Below the pieces are notes generated by a model. The model saw only the letters and a list, made by a program, of their open reading frames with translations. It ran no database searches and was not told the origin of the DNA. Positions 43,536 to 57,045 of a DNA stretch of 64,000 bases are shown here, in pieces. A program made the position numbers and the translations under genes. Position 1 is the stretch's first letter, and every line of letters begins with the position of its first letter. Source of the DNA: Flaccisagitta enflata (lineage: Eukaryota); NCBI GenBank assembly GCA_965153355.1, contig OZ231126.1, positions 7,564,001-7,628,000 of the forward strand. Direction: 5' to 3'.

Positions 43536-46500
43536 GTATCCGGCCTTGTTTCCTGTTCAATCTTTTCCCCGGCAATTTTAACCAAATATTACTGGTTTAG
43601 CTACAGCTAAAGCTAAAATAGTTATGATTGCCAAGGAACAGCAAAATCAATCAATGCGCCTCTGCGTGAAAACAAGGCCGCATACACAGCAAGACAGTCG
43701 CGGGCGGTTGGGCACAGGAAGTGAGGCAAATACCGCCAGCAATTCAAAAATGTTACCGACGGACAGACCGACCGTCACGGCATGGTTGTAGAGTTGCGTG
43801 TCCGCGAGTAAAAAAGACACATCTTTTATTTCATTTGGTTAAAAAACAAGGCCGTATACACGGCTACCTAAGTCGTGTACAGGTGGGCAGGGGCAGTAAA
43901 TAAATAAATCAACTAAGCAGATGGGCATGAGCAGTAACGGAGGGACCGACCGACAGACTAAGGTGTAGAGTCACGTGTCCGCGACTAAAGATGTTCATCT
44001 GTAAAATACATTGATCTAATTTCGTAATTAAAAGCTTTGATGATAGTAATCTGAAAAAAAACTTCTTTTTTTTCTTTTTTTTTTTAGTCGGCCACTTTCA
44101 AAAAAAAAAGAGAGCGCTTTTGATTTTCTATCTTCCTATTAGTAACCAATTTGTCGCACCTGCCCCGTGACACCAGCTGTCCGAGTATCTCAGCCCCTTT
44201 TTTCCCAGACTTCTATTTGCAGACTTTCTTTCTTCTTAGTGACATAGCATCTGTTTAAGAAAAAGAAAATGAGTGCCAACTAATCAGAAACGGCGGATGC
44301 AGGGGCATATGTTTTTAAAATGGCAGATAAAAACGGAAGACTGGCACTGCTTGGACATGGGTCTTAACTCGTCTTTGTATGTCGGTCGGTTGTAACATTA
44401 TACGCAAGACGATCTAATCAGCTGACATTTTGGCCATGGTTGATTGATAGTTTCATTGATTACTAATTACTTGATCGATTGATAACTTTATTGATTGATT
44501 GATTATGTATTATATTGACTGATTGATTATCTATTTATTGACTGATTGATTATTCTATTGGTTGATTGAGTGTTTTTGAACACCAAGGTCTGCAGCAAGT
44601 GCAGAACCCGCCTCCCCCGTCGGATCCAGCCTTTGATCCTGCGCCTGGACACCACTTCGCCGAGTCATTGCTCACGAAGCCTCTTCACTGACCTCATATG
44701 CTCCATTGGGGGGTGAAGAGGTGTTGCTTATCCAAGGCTTCCAAAGACTTCTTGGCCATGGCTCCGCCGCGTCAACGGACAGACGGCTGCGTGGGTGTGA
44801 CGAAGGTTCGTCGCAACATCCCAAGGAGAGAGACGATGCTCGTCGAGCAGCAATGGCTACGGACAATGAGGTGGTCAAAGGCGGTCAGCGAGTCATGGAA
44901 CTGGAGAAGCATCTGGAAAAGGAGACTAAGGCCTGTGCGATGAAGGCTAAGAAGAAAGAGGAAACGGTGGAGCAGCAAGGCGCTATGGCCGTCGACTTCA
45001 ACACAAATCACTGTGCGTCCCTAAATTTGGTGTTGTAGCTTGCATTAGATGCAGCATCTCCATGTCGTCTTCTCCTGCCCAGAAAAAGTCGGTCAGCAGA
45101 TCCTGTATGTGTGCTCCCAGCCTGGGAATAAGAAAAATCGAACCAGGCCTTGGAAAAATCAGACCGCCAGCTAAACGCTGATTGGTGCCGCGCCCAGTTG
45201 CTGTTCAATTTTACCAATTTGCAGCATGGCGTGGAAGGCGTGCTCGATAAAGCTGAGGATTGTATTCCACCATCACATCACCTCATCCCATCAGATGGAC
45301 AGGCTGACCAGTCCAGGCGCTACCCGGGCGTGGGAATTGGCGTCTGGCCCGGAGACCTGTAAAAACATCGCGTAAGTATCTCGCTGGTTTGGGAAGGGTT
45401 GAGGTTGAGTTTTGGCCTTGGTAAATTTGAGATCTGTATCTGTTTAAGAACTTTTACTAATCAATCTGCCCTATTCTTTCTCTTTCTTTTTCTTCCCCTT
45501 GGGGAGGATTCACTCTCAGACAGCCGCACCACCTGCGCAGCTGGATGCGGTCGCCGTTGGCGACATCGTTCATCGCCTTTCGCCCCTGAGTTGTGAGATG
45601 TTGCCGGAATGACCCGCTCGTCTCTGTAATGGAGAAGGCGCAGGTGATGTGGTCGTTCCATGATGCTTACTAATTTTCTTTTATTTAACAGATTCGTTTT
45701 TATTATATAGTTAGTAATTTATTTAATTTTGTCTTGTTTTATTTGGTTCTTTGGAACATGTACATTTTGTTGTGTTTGTTTAATACATGGTCTTTTTAGT
45801 CCTTATTACGAATACTTTCGTATGACACTGTTTTAGTAATGTACCCCTTGTGCTTTCCTCCTCAAGTCAAATCCCAGGCTTAGAGTGCTCCAAGGCCCGT
45901 TCCCCTTTTTGCCCTTTAACTTTCTGACAGGCGCCTCAACCTCCTCGTCGCCGCCTCGTCTCCATCCACGTCGTCGTCGATCGTTGAAAAATTGCTGGTG
46001 GTGGATCCACTCCGGGCAGGAGTCATCATTCGTGCAGTCGTCGATCTGTTGATAGTTAGGGTGGGGATGTAAGAGGCGGTGGACGGGGGAGGGGCAGGAA
46101 CTGTATATGTAAATTTTTTAAAGAAGATGTATCGGTTTTTAGTAGGGTTTCTACGACTGGAAACCTAGATGTCGGATTTTAGAAGTCGTGAAATTCCAAA
46201 AATGGGCAGAGATCTTAGAAATGTATGTCCGTCCGTTTCTTAGGTATGTGTGCTTTTGTCTCTTTTGCGTGCTTTTGACTTTTTCTCTTTCTCTACTATT
46301 CAATGCCCGCGTCTTTTGTTTCTGCCATTTTTGATATTAGCATTGATGGTGCTCCATGTGAATTCTTACCATATTTTAATATAACTTTATTTTTAACCAG
46401 CAACGCGAAGCTTCTTGTGTGTTTATCTTCGTGCTCCACTTTTGGATTGAGATTTTATTTATTTACGGCATTGCTTCTTAAAGTGATTGATTGATTTTCG

Positions 46501-47242
46501 TGATCGTTTGAGATGCGCCCTTGGAATTCACTAATTTCAATAATCTCTCATCTTTTTATTGCAGATAAACTTATGAACGGACAATTAACGTTACTTTGAC
46601 CTCGACAGACTGTGGGTTGAAACTAACGAAAGTGGGGCCTAAAAGTAAGTTTTATAGATGCGTCTTTGCTTTATTAACGTTGTTTTTTATCTTGTTTTCG
46701 GTCTGTTATTTTGTCTTTTTTGCATTTTTATCGCCGGATTTTAGTATGGTTTTATCGCTTGCCCGATCAGCTTGCTATAGGGATGATATGGATGAATTTA
46801 ATGGGATGGGCCGGGGCAGGGGCAGGTATTATCAGGTGGCATGGGCTCTGAAGAAGATGAACATGTTGTCATGTGCTGTTTCTGTCCTTTATTGTGTCCT
46901 ATCTCGATTTCATGTTATCTTTTGCGTTTGCTGATCACAATTAACGCCCACTTTCCCTTTCATTTTTCCCCCTCTCTTCAGTTGTTGAAATTTTTATGGA
47001 ATAAACGAGACGATCGCCTTCCTATTTTCCAATCGGCCAACTTTCTTTCACCACAAGTCGTCAGTCAGATAGACGCTCATAGACAGTGCCAGTTGAAACT
47101 CGTGGGCGTAATCATAATTAGATTAACACAAAATATAATACATCGTTCAATCAAAAGAATCCTTTTATCAACCAGATCCATTATTTCCATCCAATAGCAG
47201 GGAACTCTTGACTTTTATAATAAAATTTTAATGACAACGAGA

Positions 47243-47308
<66 letters not shown>

Positions 47309-48092
47309 TTGATTTTGCTCACTCAAAAAACCGGCACTGCCGGACGGACTGATATGAAAGGGGAATAGGGGGCGCATCTTAAGATGACAAAGTCTTAATG
47401 CTGATGCGATTGGGTCAGTAAATGAAAGAATAAGTGAATGAACAAATAGATGAAGAAATCCGGCCTCTCATAGTTGTTAACACGATTCGTGTATACCGTA
47501 CTGACTGTTTGGGTTTTATGACCGACGAGATTGCATTTCTTGAGTTCTGGTGGTGGAAGCATGTCAGACAGACCGACTTGACGACAAACCGACAGACCAA
47601 ACCGATAATAGCGTTGTAGTTAACCAGAAACAACGTTTTCCTCGACATTCGTGCGCCTTTTGTTTTTCCCTTTTCCCGGCTGATATGTTTCGTCGTCGTC
47701 TTCGTCAACGTCCTTTTGGTCGTCGTCATCATCGTCATCGTCAGTTTTGAGGATATCAACGTTGTCATGACATGTTTGGTCTCTTGCGCAAGTCAGGGAA
47801 AGGCTCAGATTAGTCATAAACCGGCAATTCCGGAGAATTCAATCATTCAAATTAGTTTCCAGTATGCAGTAGAATCCACCAATTCTAACCACAGTTACAA
47901 TTTCGGGGGATCACGAAGCTAAGATCCTGTTGTTGCTATCGGCGGCCAAAATCTGCTTTTTATAAGAACCCACTCGAATATCGTATAGTAATTTCACTTT
48001 CCGAATCAAACTGGAATGAATCCATTGACCCTTAATGAAAATGACTAGTTCTCTTTGGTCTGAATATACCTATTAAATAGCACAAAAGAAAA

Positions 48093-50114
48093 ATGCTAAA
48101 GAAACTTTTCTCCTCATTCGGCAAACGGGAATTACAGCCCACAGTCACGTCCGCCCCCGCATCTGCCACTGCCTCCTCCGCATCGACCACTGCCTCCTCC
48201 GCATCTGCCACTGCCTCCTCCACATCGACCACTGCCTCCTCCACATCGGCCTCCTCAGCATGCTCCTCACCTTCCACTGCTTCCTCAACACCTCCTTTTC
48301 CTCCTCCTCCTCCTCCTCCACCACCCCCTTCAAAAAAGAACGTCTCTTTCGGAATTCCCTTCGACGATGGCCCTTCCTCCTCCTTGTCCGAGGCGAAAAT
48401 TGAAGCGTTCGACGAGGCGTTACTGCACATCCCGGAGCATCCATTCAATCACGTCGTCAAGTCGCATCCGCAAACTCTACAAACGACGAAAATATTCAAA
48501 CGAATCCGTGGAAGACTGAATTTGAAGGAGATCGTCGATGATAATGAACTGCTGTTTGGAGGAGGCGAAGGAGGAGGAGGAGGAGATGCACAAGCTATCG
48601 CGACGGATACAGAAAACACATCATCATCATCATCTACATCGCCCTCATCTCCATCCTCAACCGAAATCCCACCCAACGTCATTCGGTTCGTTTGTCTGTC
48701 GGACACGCACAACAAAGCCCATTGGCTCCTGGAGACCGATTGGTGGAAGAGCTTCAACATTCCGACGGACATCTTCGCCCCGCAGCCGCTTCCCAAAGGC
48801 GACGTGCTGCTGCATTGCGGCGACTTTACCAATTACGGCGAATCCAAAGAAGTCGCCAAATTCAACGAGTTTTTGGCGAATTGCGGCGATCGATTCGCGG
48901 TGAAAATCGTCGTCGCCGGAAATCACGAGTTGACGTTCGATCCTAAAAGCAGGTTTACCAAGTCATCGGCCGCTACCTCGGATCCCTTTTCTTCTATGTC
49001 CTCCTCAACCTCCTCATCCGCTTCTTCCTCTTCTTCTTCTCCCTCCTCCACCCCTCCTCCTCATCCTTCATCCCTCCTCACCAACGCCATCTACTTGCAG
49101 GATGGCGGCGTTTGTATCGGCGGCATCCGGATTTGGGCTTCTCCTTGGCAGCCGGTTCTCGGCGGAATGGCCTTCAACCGGCGGAGAGGCGACCCACTGC
49201 TGGAGAAGTGGAACCGCATCCCGAGTTGCGGCGGAGGGAAGGAGGTCGTCGACCAAGTGTTGGAGAAGTCGAACCGCATCCCGAGTTGCGTCGGGGGGCA
49301 GGAGGTCGGCGACGAAGTGTTGGAGAAGTCGAACCGCATCCCCGGTTGCGGCGGAGGGAAGGAGGTCGTCGACGAAGTGTTGGATTATGAAAATGAGTCC
49401 GGCAACAACGAAATCCAGGAACAAGATTCCAGCGAGGAAATCATAGCAGAATCCGGGAATAGTGAAACAATTAACAATCCACAAGTATCCGAGGAGGAGA
49501 AACCAAGCGACACTATCTCTGACCAAGTTGTATCCGAAACGACAGCAACTTCTCATAAAGATAAAACCAATCCTCGTAATTTGGACTCCAAGCACCAATC
49601 CAGAGACTCAGATTCCGGCAATTCTTCTATCGGCCAAGCAGATTCCGGCGAATCGCATTCTAACGCCAACTGTTTAGATTCCGTCAATACGAGTCCCAAA
49701 TCCTTCGACTCTGCCACTAATACCGGCAACACTACCTCCTCCTCCTCCTCTTCCTCCTCTTCCTCCCCCACCTCTACCACAACCACCTCCGCCACCAACT
49801 TTGGCATCGACATCCTGATGACTCACGGACCTCCTCTCGGCATCGGCGACCGTCTTTCCGGCGGCGATCGAGTCGTCGGCTGCGTGGAACTGCTCGCCAG
49901 CGTCCGTCAGCGCATCCGGCCTAAATTCCACGTTTTCGGCCACGTGCACGAGAGCAACGGATGTTGGACAGACGGAAGGACGACTTTTATCAACGCGGCA
50001 ATTTGTAATGGAATGCATTATCCAATGCAGAAAGTGTGGAAGTTTGACGTTGAATTGCCGGAAGGGGTGGATAAAAGGAAGGCGTTGAAGAATTGGACGC
50101 GGTTTGACAAATGA
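48093..50114 (+). CDS. Metallophosphoesterase domain-containing protein (MPPED1/2-like), single exon with long low-complexity inserts
   Basis: All five calcineurin-like motifs in one frame: SDTHN, GDFT, AGNHE, THGPP, FGHVHE; also GDVLLHCGD and TTFINAA..C. Confidence 0.88.
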   Translation: MLKKLFSSFGKRELQPTVTSAPASATASSASTTASSASATASSTSTTASSTSASSACSSPSTASSTPPFPPPPPPPPPPSKKNVSFGIPFDDGPSSSLSEAKIEAFDEALLHIPEHPFNHVVKSHPQTLQTTKIFKRIRGRLNLKEIVDDNELLFGGGEGGGGGDAQAIATDTENTSSSSSTSPSSPSSTEIPPNVIRFVCLSDTHNKAHWLLETDWWKSFNIPTDIFAPQPLPKGDVLLHCGDFTNYGESKEVAKFNEFLANCGDRFAVKIVVAGNHELTFDPKSRFTKSSAATSDPFSSMSSSTSSSASSSSSSPSSTPPPHPSSLLTNAIYLQDGGVCIGGIRIWASPWQPVLGGMAFNRRRGDPLLEKWNRIPSCGGGKEVVDQVLEKSNRIPSCVGGQEVGDEVLEKSNRIPGCGGGKEVVDEVLDYENESGNNEIQEQDSSEEIIAESGNSETINNPQVSEEEKPSDTISDQVVSETTATSHKDKTNPRNLDSKHQSRDSDSGNSSIGQADSGESHSNANCLDSVNTSPKSFDSATNTGNTTSSSSSSSSSSPTSTTTTSATNFGIDILMTHGPPLGIGDRLSGGDRVVGCVELLASVRQRIRPKFHVFGHVHESNGCWTDGRTTFINAAICNGMHYPMQKVWKFDVELPEGVDKRKALKNWTRFDK

Positions 50115-51086
50115 ACACTCGGAACATTGACAATACTTTGACATGAAGTTGCCGGAAGGTGTTGATAAAAAGGAGGCGTTGAAGAATAGGACGCGGTTTG
50201 ACAAATGAGCATATCAGCGCTTCATTGATGCTAAAGAGAGATTTGCCAGAACATGACACGTCTCAAGACAAGAAAAGATCTGTAATTATGTGATTGGAAG
50301 AAATCAATGATCGTCACAATACAGTTGAACCTCGTTCCAACGGACCCGCTTTTAACAGAATTCCACCTTTAACAGACATATATTCTTGGTCCCATCAACC
50401 TATTTACTTTCTATGTTGGTCCCTTGAAATCCGTTGGCGCGGGATTCAACTGCATCATTACAAAAGATGTACTGAATAACCAATATCTTTATGTGATATA
50501 CTGATTGATATCTATTGTCAATCGCCGATGGACAGTTCAAGAACAACCACGACTAGTCATTTCTTTTTTTCAATTTGGTGATAGACGCGCTTTCATTAAA
50601 TGGTTATTAATCTTAATCAATAGATTGTCTGAAAAGTATTATCATTCTTTCGCCGAAAGTTGATCGCATAACTATGGAATGTCCATTTTAAATCTCAATC
50701 AATTTCAATTTTATTTCAGTTGATTTGCCTGTGATACTTTTAATCATTTCATGTCTTTCCTGTTTTTGGCGATTGCCACAATACCACATTGTCGCTCATT
50801 TGTATCTTCATATCTCATGACAACTGCAAATGCAAAACAAAGAACTTCCAAACAAAATGAGACCTTTTTTTGTTGTTTAAGTTTTTGTCTCAGCCAGGCT
50901 ATTTGGAAAATTAAGATATAGATAGAAACAGTTGGCAGTCGGCACACAGATACTGGTACAGATGATTTAGAAAAATTCGTTACGCCACCCACAAAAACAC
51001 ACATTATTTTGTAACAGTAATTGCATACATAAAGCATGGATTAGGCAGAACTAGCACAGACACGCATCCACATTCAAAGGCCACAT

Positions 51087-54000
51087 CCAAAGGCTCTCAT
51101 CCTTAAGCAAAGTAGGGTTGAGTAGTAGTGTTGTCCAACTTTCATATATTTCAGTGCCATGGTATAGAATGCCGGCGATCCCATATGGTTGATTCTCGAT
51201 TCTTGCCTCTAATGGTATGGTTTTTAACAACATTGCCTTTGATATCTAGATTATCCTTGGATAGCTACATCATCATTTGGTTATTTGTTCACTATAAATA
51301 ATAGGGATGTGCTGACTACTTTGCATCTTTTTATTTTGGGTTGACATGGAATGTTTGAGGGAATGGTCTCAATCAGTGGAAAGGATTTTGATTCTAGGTT
51401 GTGGGTTGCATGAACCTTTTACAATGGGAAGATCAGACGGATGTGTGGTCCAAAACAGCACAATCATCTGGTACTCTTTCTTATCACTGGTACTTGTAGC
51501 AAACAGGTTAGAATTATTGATTTTTTCCTGGTTGGTTCAGTAGATGTCATCTAGACTTGGAAATACGGGGGCCCTCATATCCTAACTACCATTTGCGCCA
51601 ATGAAATGAAACTGTGTCTGTATAATGCTTATGTCCTATAGGGTTGACGATGAGGTATGGCAGCTCTGTGGATAGAAAATTCTTTTGAATATACTAGAAC
51701 AAATTTGCTTTGCTCAAACAGATGCTAGACTTGGACTATTTGTTAACTCACATGACTTCAAATCCCTCTTGGTCAATTTCTTTCTATAAAAGTTCCGGGT
51801 TCGAATCCCAGGCTGGTTTTGCAATTTAAGCAAATAGATGAAGCTGAAATTCTGCCATAAAAGTGATTGATCCTAATATTTTATACTAAAAGTTTTTTTT
51901 GTAAGGTAAGCCATAGGGGGATGCCATACCCCATCGTCAACCCCTTAGGGTCTATACATTACACTAGCAAAATATCAGTCCCCTCACTGTATTGATGCTG
52001 AGGTTATGAGCTCCCCCATATTTCCAAGTCTAGACGACATCTACTGTTCCTGGTTGGATTGTTATCTTGAATTATTTCATGATTATGTTGAGATAGACTT
52101 AGTTATTTTGAATACTAAGGATAGTTGTGATGGGTCCGGATTAAACACCAGTGAGAGCTCCAAAGGCTCTCATCCTTAAGTTAAGTAGGGTTGAGTAGTA
52201 GTGTTGTCCAACTTTCATATATTTCAGTGCCATGGTATAGAATGCCGGCGATCCCATATGGTTGATTCTCGATTCTTGCCTCTAATGGTATGGTTTTTAA
52301 CAACATTGCCTTTGATATCTAGATTATCCTTGGATAGCTACATCATCATTTGGTTATTTGTTCACTATAAATAATAGGGATGTGCTGACTACTTTGCATC
52401 TTTTTATTTTGGGTTGACATGGAATGTTTGAGGGAATGGTCTCAATCAGTGGAAAGGATTTTGATTCTAGGTTGTGGGTTGCATGAACCTTTTACAATGG
52501 GAAGATCAGACGGATGTGTGGTCCAAAACAGCACAATCATCTGGTACTCTTTCTTGTCACTGGTACCTGTAGCAAACAGGTTAGAATCATTGATTTTTTC
52601 CTGGTTGGTTCCTTGGCTGGATTGTTGCCAATTTTTCATGATTATGTTGATAGACTTAGTTGTTGAATACTAAGGATAGTTGTGATGGGTCCGGATTAAA
52701 CACCAGTGAGAGCTCCAAAGGCTTCATCCTTAAGTAAAGTAGGTTGAGTAGGAAAGGTCCAACTTTCATATATTTCAGTGCCAGGGTATAGAATGCCGGC
52801 GATCCCATATGGTTGATTCTCGATTCTTGCCTCTAATGGTATGGTTTTTAATAACATTGCCTTTGATATCTAGATTATCCTTGGATAGCTACATCATCAT
52901 TTGGTTATTTGTTCACTATAAATAATAGGGATGTGCTGACTACTTTGCATCTTTTTATTTTGGGTTGACATGGAATGTTTGAGGGAATGGTCTCAATCAG
53001 TGGAAAGGATTTTGATTCTAGGTTGTGGGTTGCATGAACCTTTTACAATGGGAAGATCAGACGGATGTGTGGTCCAAAACAGCACAATCATCTGATACTC
53101 TTTCTTGTCACTGGTACTTGTAGCAAACAGGTTAGAATTATTGATTTTTTCCTGGTTGGTTCCTGGTTGGATTGTTGTCTTGAATTATTTCATGATTATG
53201 TTGAGATAGACTTAGTTATTTTGAATACTAAGGATAGTTGTGATGGGTCCGGATTAAACACCAGTGAGAGCTCCAAAGGCTCTCATCCTTAAGTAAAGTA
53301 GGGTTGAGTAGTAGTGTTGTCCAACTTTCATATATTTCAGTGCCATGGTATAGAATGCCGGCGATCCCATATGGTTGATTCTCGATTCTTGCCTCTAATG
53401 GTATGGTTTTTAACAACATTGCCTTTGACATCTAGATTATCCTTGGATAGCTACATCATCATTTGGTTATTTGTTCACTATAAATAATAGGGATGTGCTG
53501 ACTACTTTGCATCTTTTTATTTTGAAGGACATGGAATGTTTGAGGGAATGGTCTCAATCAGTGGAAAGGATTTTGATTCTAGGTTGTGGTTGCATGAACC
53601 TTTTACAATGGGAAGATCAGACGGATGTGTGGTCCAAAACAGCACAATCATCTGGTACTCTTTCTTGTCACTGGTACTTGTAGCAAACAGGTTAGAATTA
53701 TTGATTTTTTCCTGGTTGGTTCCTGGTTGGATTGTTGTCTTGAATTATTTCATGATTATGTTGAGATAGACTTAGTTATTTTGAATACTAAGGATAGTTG
53801 TGATGGGTCCGGATTAAACACCAGTGAGAGCTCCAAAGGCTCTCATCCTTAAGTAAGTAGTAGGGTTGACCAACTGTTCAACTTTTATCATATTTGTGTA
53901 CAGATTGAAAGGACGTCATATACATTGATTCTCGATTCTTTCTGCCTCTAATGGTATGGTTTTTAACAACATTGCCTTTGATATCTAGATTATCCTTGGA

Positions 54001-54447
54001 TAGCTACATCATCATTTGGTTATTTGTTCACTATAGATAATAGGGATGTGCTGACTACTTTGCATCTTTTTATTTTGGGTTGACATGGAATGTTTGAGGG
54101 AATGGTCTCAATCAGTGGAAAGGATTTTGATTCTAGGTTGTGGGTTGCATGAACCTTTTACAATGGGAAGATCAGACGGATGTGTGGTCCAAAACAGCAC
54201 AATCATCTGGTACTCTTTCTTGTCACTGGTACTTGTAGCAAACAGGTTAGAATTATTGATTTTTTCCTGGTTGGTTCCTGGTTGGATTGTTGTCTTGAAT
54301 TATTTCATGATTATGTTGAGATAGACTTAGTTATTTTGAATACTAAGGATAGTTGTGATGGGTCCGGATTAAACACCAGTGAGAGCTCCAAAGGCTCTCA
54401 TCCTTAATTAAAGTAGGGTTGAGTAGTAGTGTTGTCCAACTTTCATA
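51087..54447. repeat. Tandem satellite, ~560-bp unit, 5 full copies plus a partial one
   Basis: CCAAAGGCTCTCATCCTTAA recurs at ~51087, 52160, 52715, 53273, 53833 and 54388. Confidence 0.95.
51538..52046. mobile_element. MITE inserted in the first satellite unit
   Basis: TIRs CAGTAGATGTCATCTAGACTTGGAAATA...TATTTCCAAGTCTAGACGACATCTACTG; comparison with uninterrupted units indicates a 2-bp TT duplication. Confidence 0.85.
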
Positions 54448-55419
54448 CATACACATTTACACTGTAACACACGCGGCACTCAATGCAAAGCGTCTTTCTA
54501 GCCAAAGATAACCGCGTTTTTAGATGCGTCATCGCATCTCTATAAGAGGGTCTGTCCGTCCGTCCGTCCGTCCGTCCGTCCGTCCGTCCGTTACGCCTCT
54601 TCTAATATCACGCAGATGACGCATCTAGTTGCCCGATCGGGCTTGTTAAACAGGCTACTCGCTCACTCACTCTCTTCTTTCACGGGCTCGCTCTCTCACT
54701 CTGCTCACCCCGCTCACTAAACTCGTGGGAGATCGGAAAAAAAAGAAAAGATCTGGAGACACAAAAATGGGACAGAGACAGAGATAATCAACAGGAATGA
54801 GAGTTTCTTCCTGGAAACTTCTTTCTTCGTGGTTGATTTCGGGAATGTCTCTGGTCAAAGACAATCGCGTTTCTAACGGGTCACTAGGCTCGCTACGTTC
54901 GTTCTCTCACACTGCTCGTGCTCACTCCGCTCACTCAATCCGCAGCGCTCGGCTTTTGCTACGCTCGCTTCGCTAGCTCGCGTCATTCACAGGCTTGCTC
55001 ACTCACTTCGCTCACTCCCTCGTGGGACAGTGAAATTAATAGATATATGTGTTCACGCTGTAAACGCGTTCAACGGGAAAAAAACGGTTTTTTAGTTGCG
55101 GACACGCAACTCTATAAGAGGCTTTGTCCGTCCGTCCGTCCGTTGGTCGGTCGGTTGGTCGGTCCATGAACACGAGTCAAAAAGTGTGAAAACGCGCATT
55201 TCCGCCCCTGCCCACACGTCCGCAACTGGTATTGGCCGTGTATCCGGCCTTGTTTGTCTTCCGTAGAAACACGCCTTTCTTCTTGTGGAGGTCGAGACGG
55301 ATCTCGATCGGAATCGACCTCCTCACGTGAAAATCAACAAAACGATAGAAAACGAGAGACAGTGACAGTGACAGTGACAGTGAAAGAGAAGTACGGATTA
55401 ATAGAGACACGTCACTTAC

Positions 55420-55545
55420 CAGCTCGTCGAAGATGTCTCTCTGATGGACGTGAATTGTGATGAGAGTTTCGTATTTTGTTCTCTCAACTTTCTCCAAATC
55501 ACGAGTTGTTTGATCGATCAGCAAATTCAACAACTCCAAAAATGC
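55420..55545 (-). CDS. DNAH5: Dynein heavy chain exon ([42 protein letters not shown])
   Basis: [12 protein letters not shown] motif; canonical splice sites; 42 codons. Confidence 0.93.
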
Positions 55546-56137
55546 CTGAGGAGACATGTGCAGGGAGAATTTGAAAGACGGGATTATGAATATAAATCAT
55601 TATTCTTGATGTATCCGAACATTTGCCTATGGTAGCCGTCGGCTACTAGCCGCTCTTTGTCTTTCTTTCTCTCTTTGTTTCTTTCTTTCTATTTTTCTTT
55701 CTGTCATTTTTTTCTTTTTTCTTTTTTTCTTTCTTTTTTTCTTTTTTCTTTTTTTTTTTCTGTTTTTTTCTTTTTTTTCTTTTTTTTTTTTTTTTCTTTT
55801 TTCTTTTTCTTTTTTTCTTTTTTTCTTTCTTTTTTTCTTTTTCTTTTTTTCTTTTTTTCTTTTTTCTTTTTTCTTTTTCTTTTTTTTTTCTTTTTTTCTT
55901 TTTTTCTTTTTTTTCTTTTTTTTTTTTTTTTTTCTTTTTTTTCTTTTTTTTTCTTTTTTTTTCTTTTCTTTTTTTTTTTCTTTTTTTCTTTTTTTCTTTT
56001 TTTCTTTTTTCTTTTTTTTTTTTTTTATTTTTTTTTTTTTTTTTTCTTTTTCTTTCTTTCTTTCTTTCCTTCTTTCCTTCTTTCGTTCTTGCAAAGATAT
56101 GCCAGACTCGAGCGCGCACACACACACACGCACACAC

Positions 56138-56227
<90 letters not shown>

Positions 56228-56229
<2 letters not shown>

Positions 56230-56326
56230 GATTTGTTGCTCCCATGACTTTCTTGTCGTATTTTGCGTTGGAAAGCGCTTCAGTGGCATCTCTCGTCCAG
56301 ATTAATTGAAGACCGAGAAGACTGAC
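56228..56326 (-). CDS. DNAH5: Dynein heavy chain exon ([33 protein letters not shown])
   Basis: Canonical splice sites; 33 codons; phase 0 on both sides. Confidence 0.92.
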
Positions 56327-56420
56327 CTGAAGTTAAAGCACAGTTATAGGCTGACCTGAAGTAAGTACAACTGAGCAATAAAAAAAAAGAGAAAAAAAAA
56401 GAAAAAATAACAACAACAAT

Positions 56421-56514
<94 letters not shown>

Positions 56515-56778
56515 GGGGACCAAATAAAAAGGCCTGCTTCATTTCCACAAGCGAATGAATAAACAAACAAAAGAACGGACGAACAAAAAAAAAGAAAAGA
56601 AAGAAATGAGCGTACCAGGTACAGAGGGACAAATGAATTCAATTACTCTTCCTGTAGGATCGGACAAAGACAAAAAGAAACAGAAAAACAATTGAGCAAA
56701 CATTTAAAACAAAGAGCAAAATCATAATCAATCATTCAAGACGAAGAAAATAGAACAACTTCACTCTGAGTCACTGAC

Positions 56779-57045
56779 CTGGGCTGGGAATGACTGCAAG
56801 AATTCTAGCAACTGAAATCCTTGATCGTTGATGGCGACGGCGGCAGTTCTGATGACCAGATGCAAGGACCTTTGAGATTCGATGAGCAGATTGTTGAGCC
56901 ACACTTCCACACTGCCCTCGGCCTTGACGGGCCGTTCCAACTCGATCGTCTCGCCCTCTTGAGAGTAAACGGCGAGAATCTTGTCGTATTCGCGATCGTG
57001 AAATTTGACTGTCTTGATGTTGTCAAAGATCGAGAGCAGATGAGA
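56779..57045 (-). CDS. DNAH5: Dynein heavy chain exon ([15 protein letters not shown]...SQEGETIEL...EGSVEVWL...FPAQ)
   Basis: 89 codons; canonical splice sites; matches recalled DNAH5 linker region. Confidence 0.93.
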
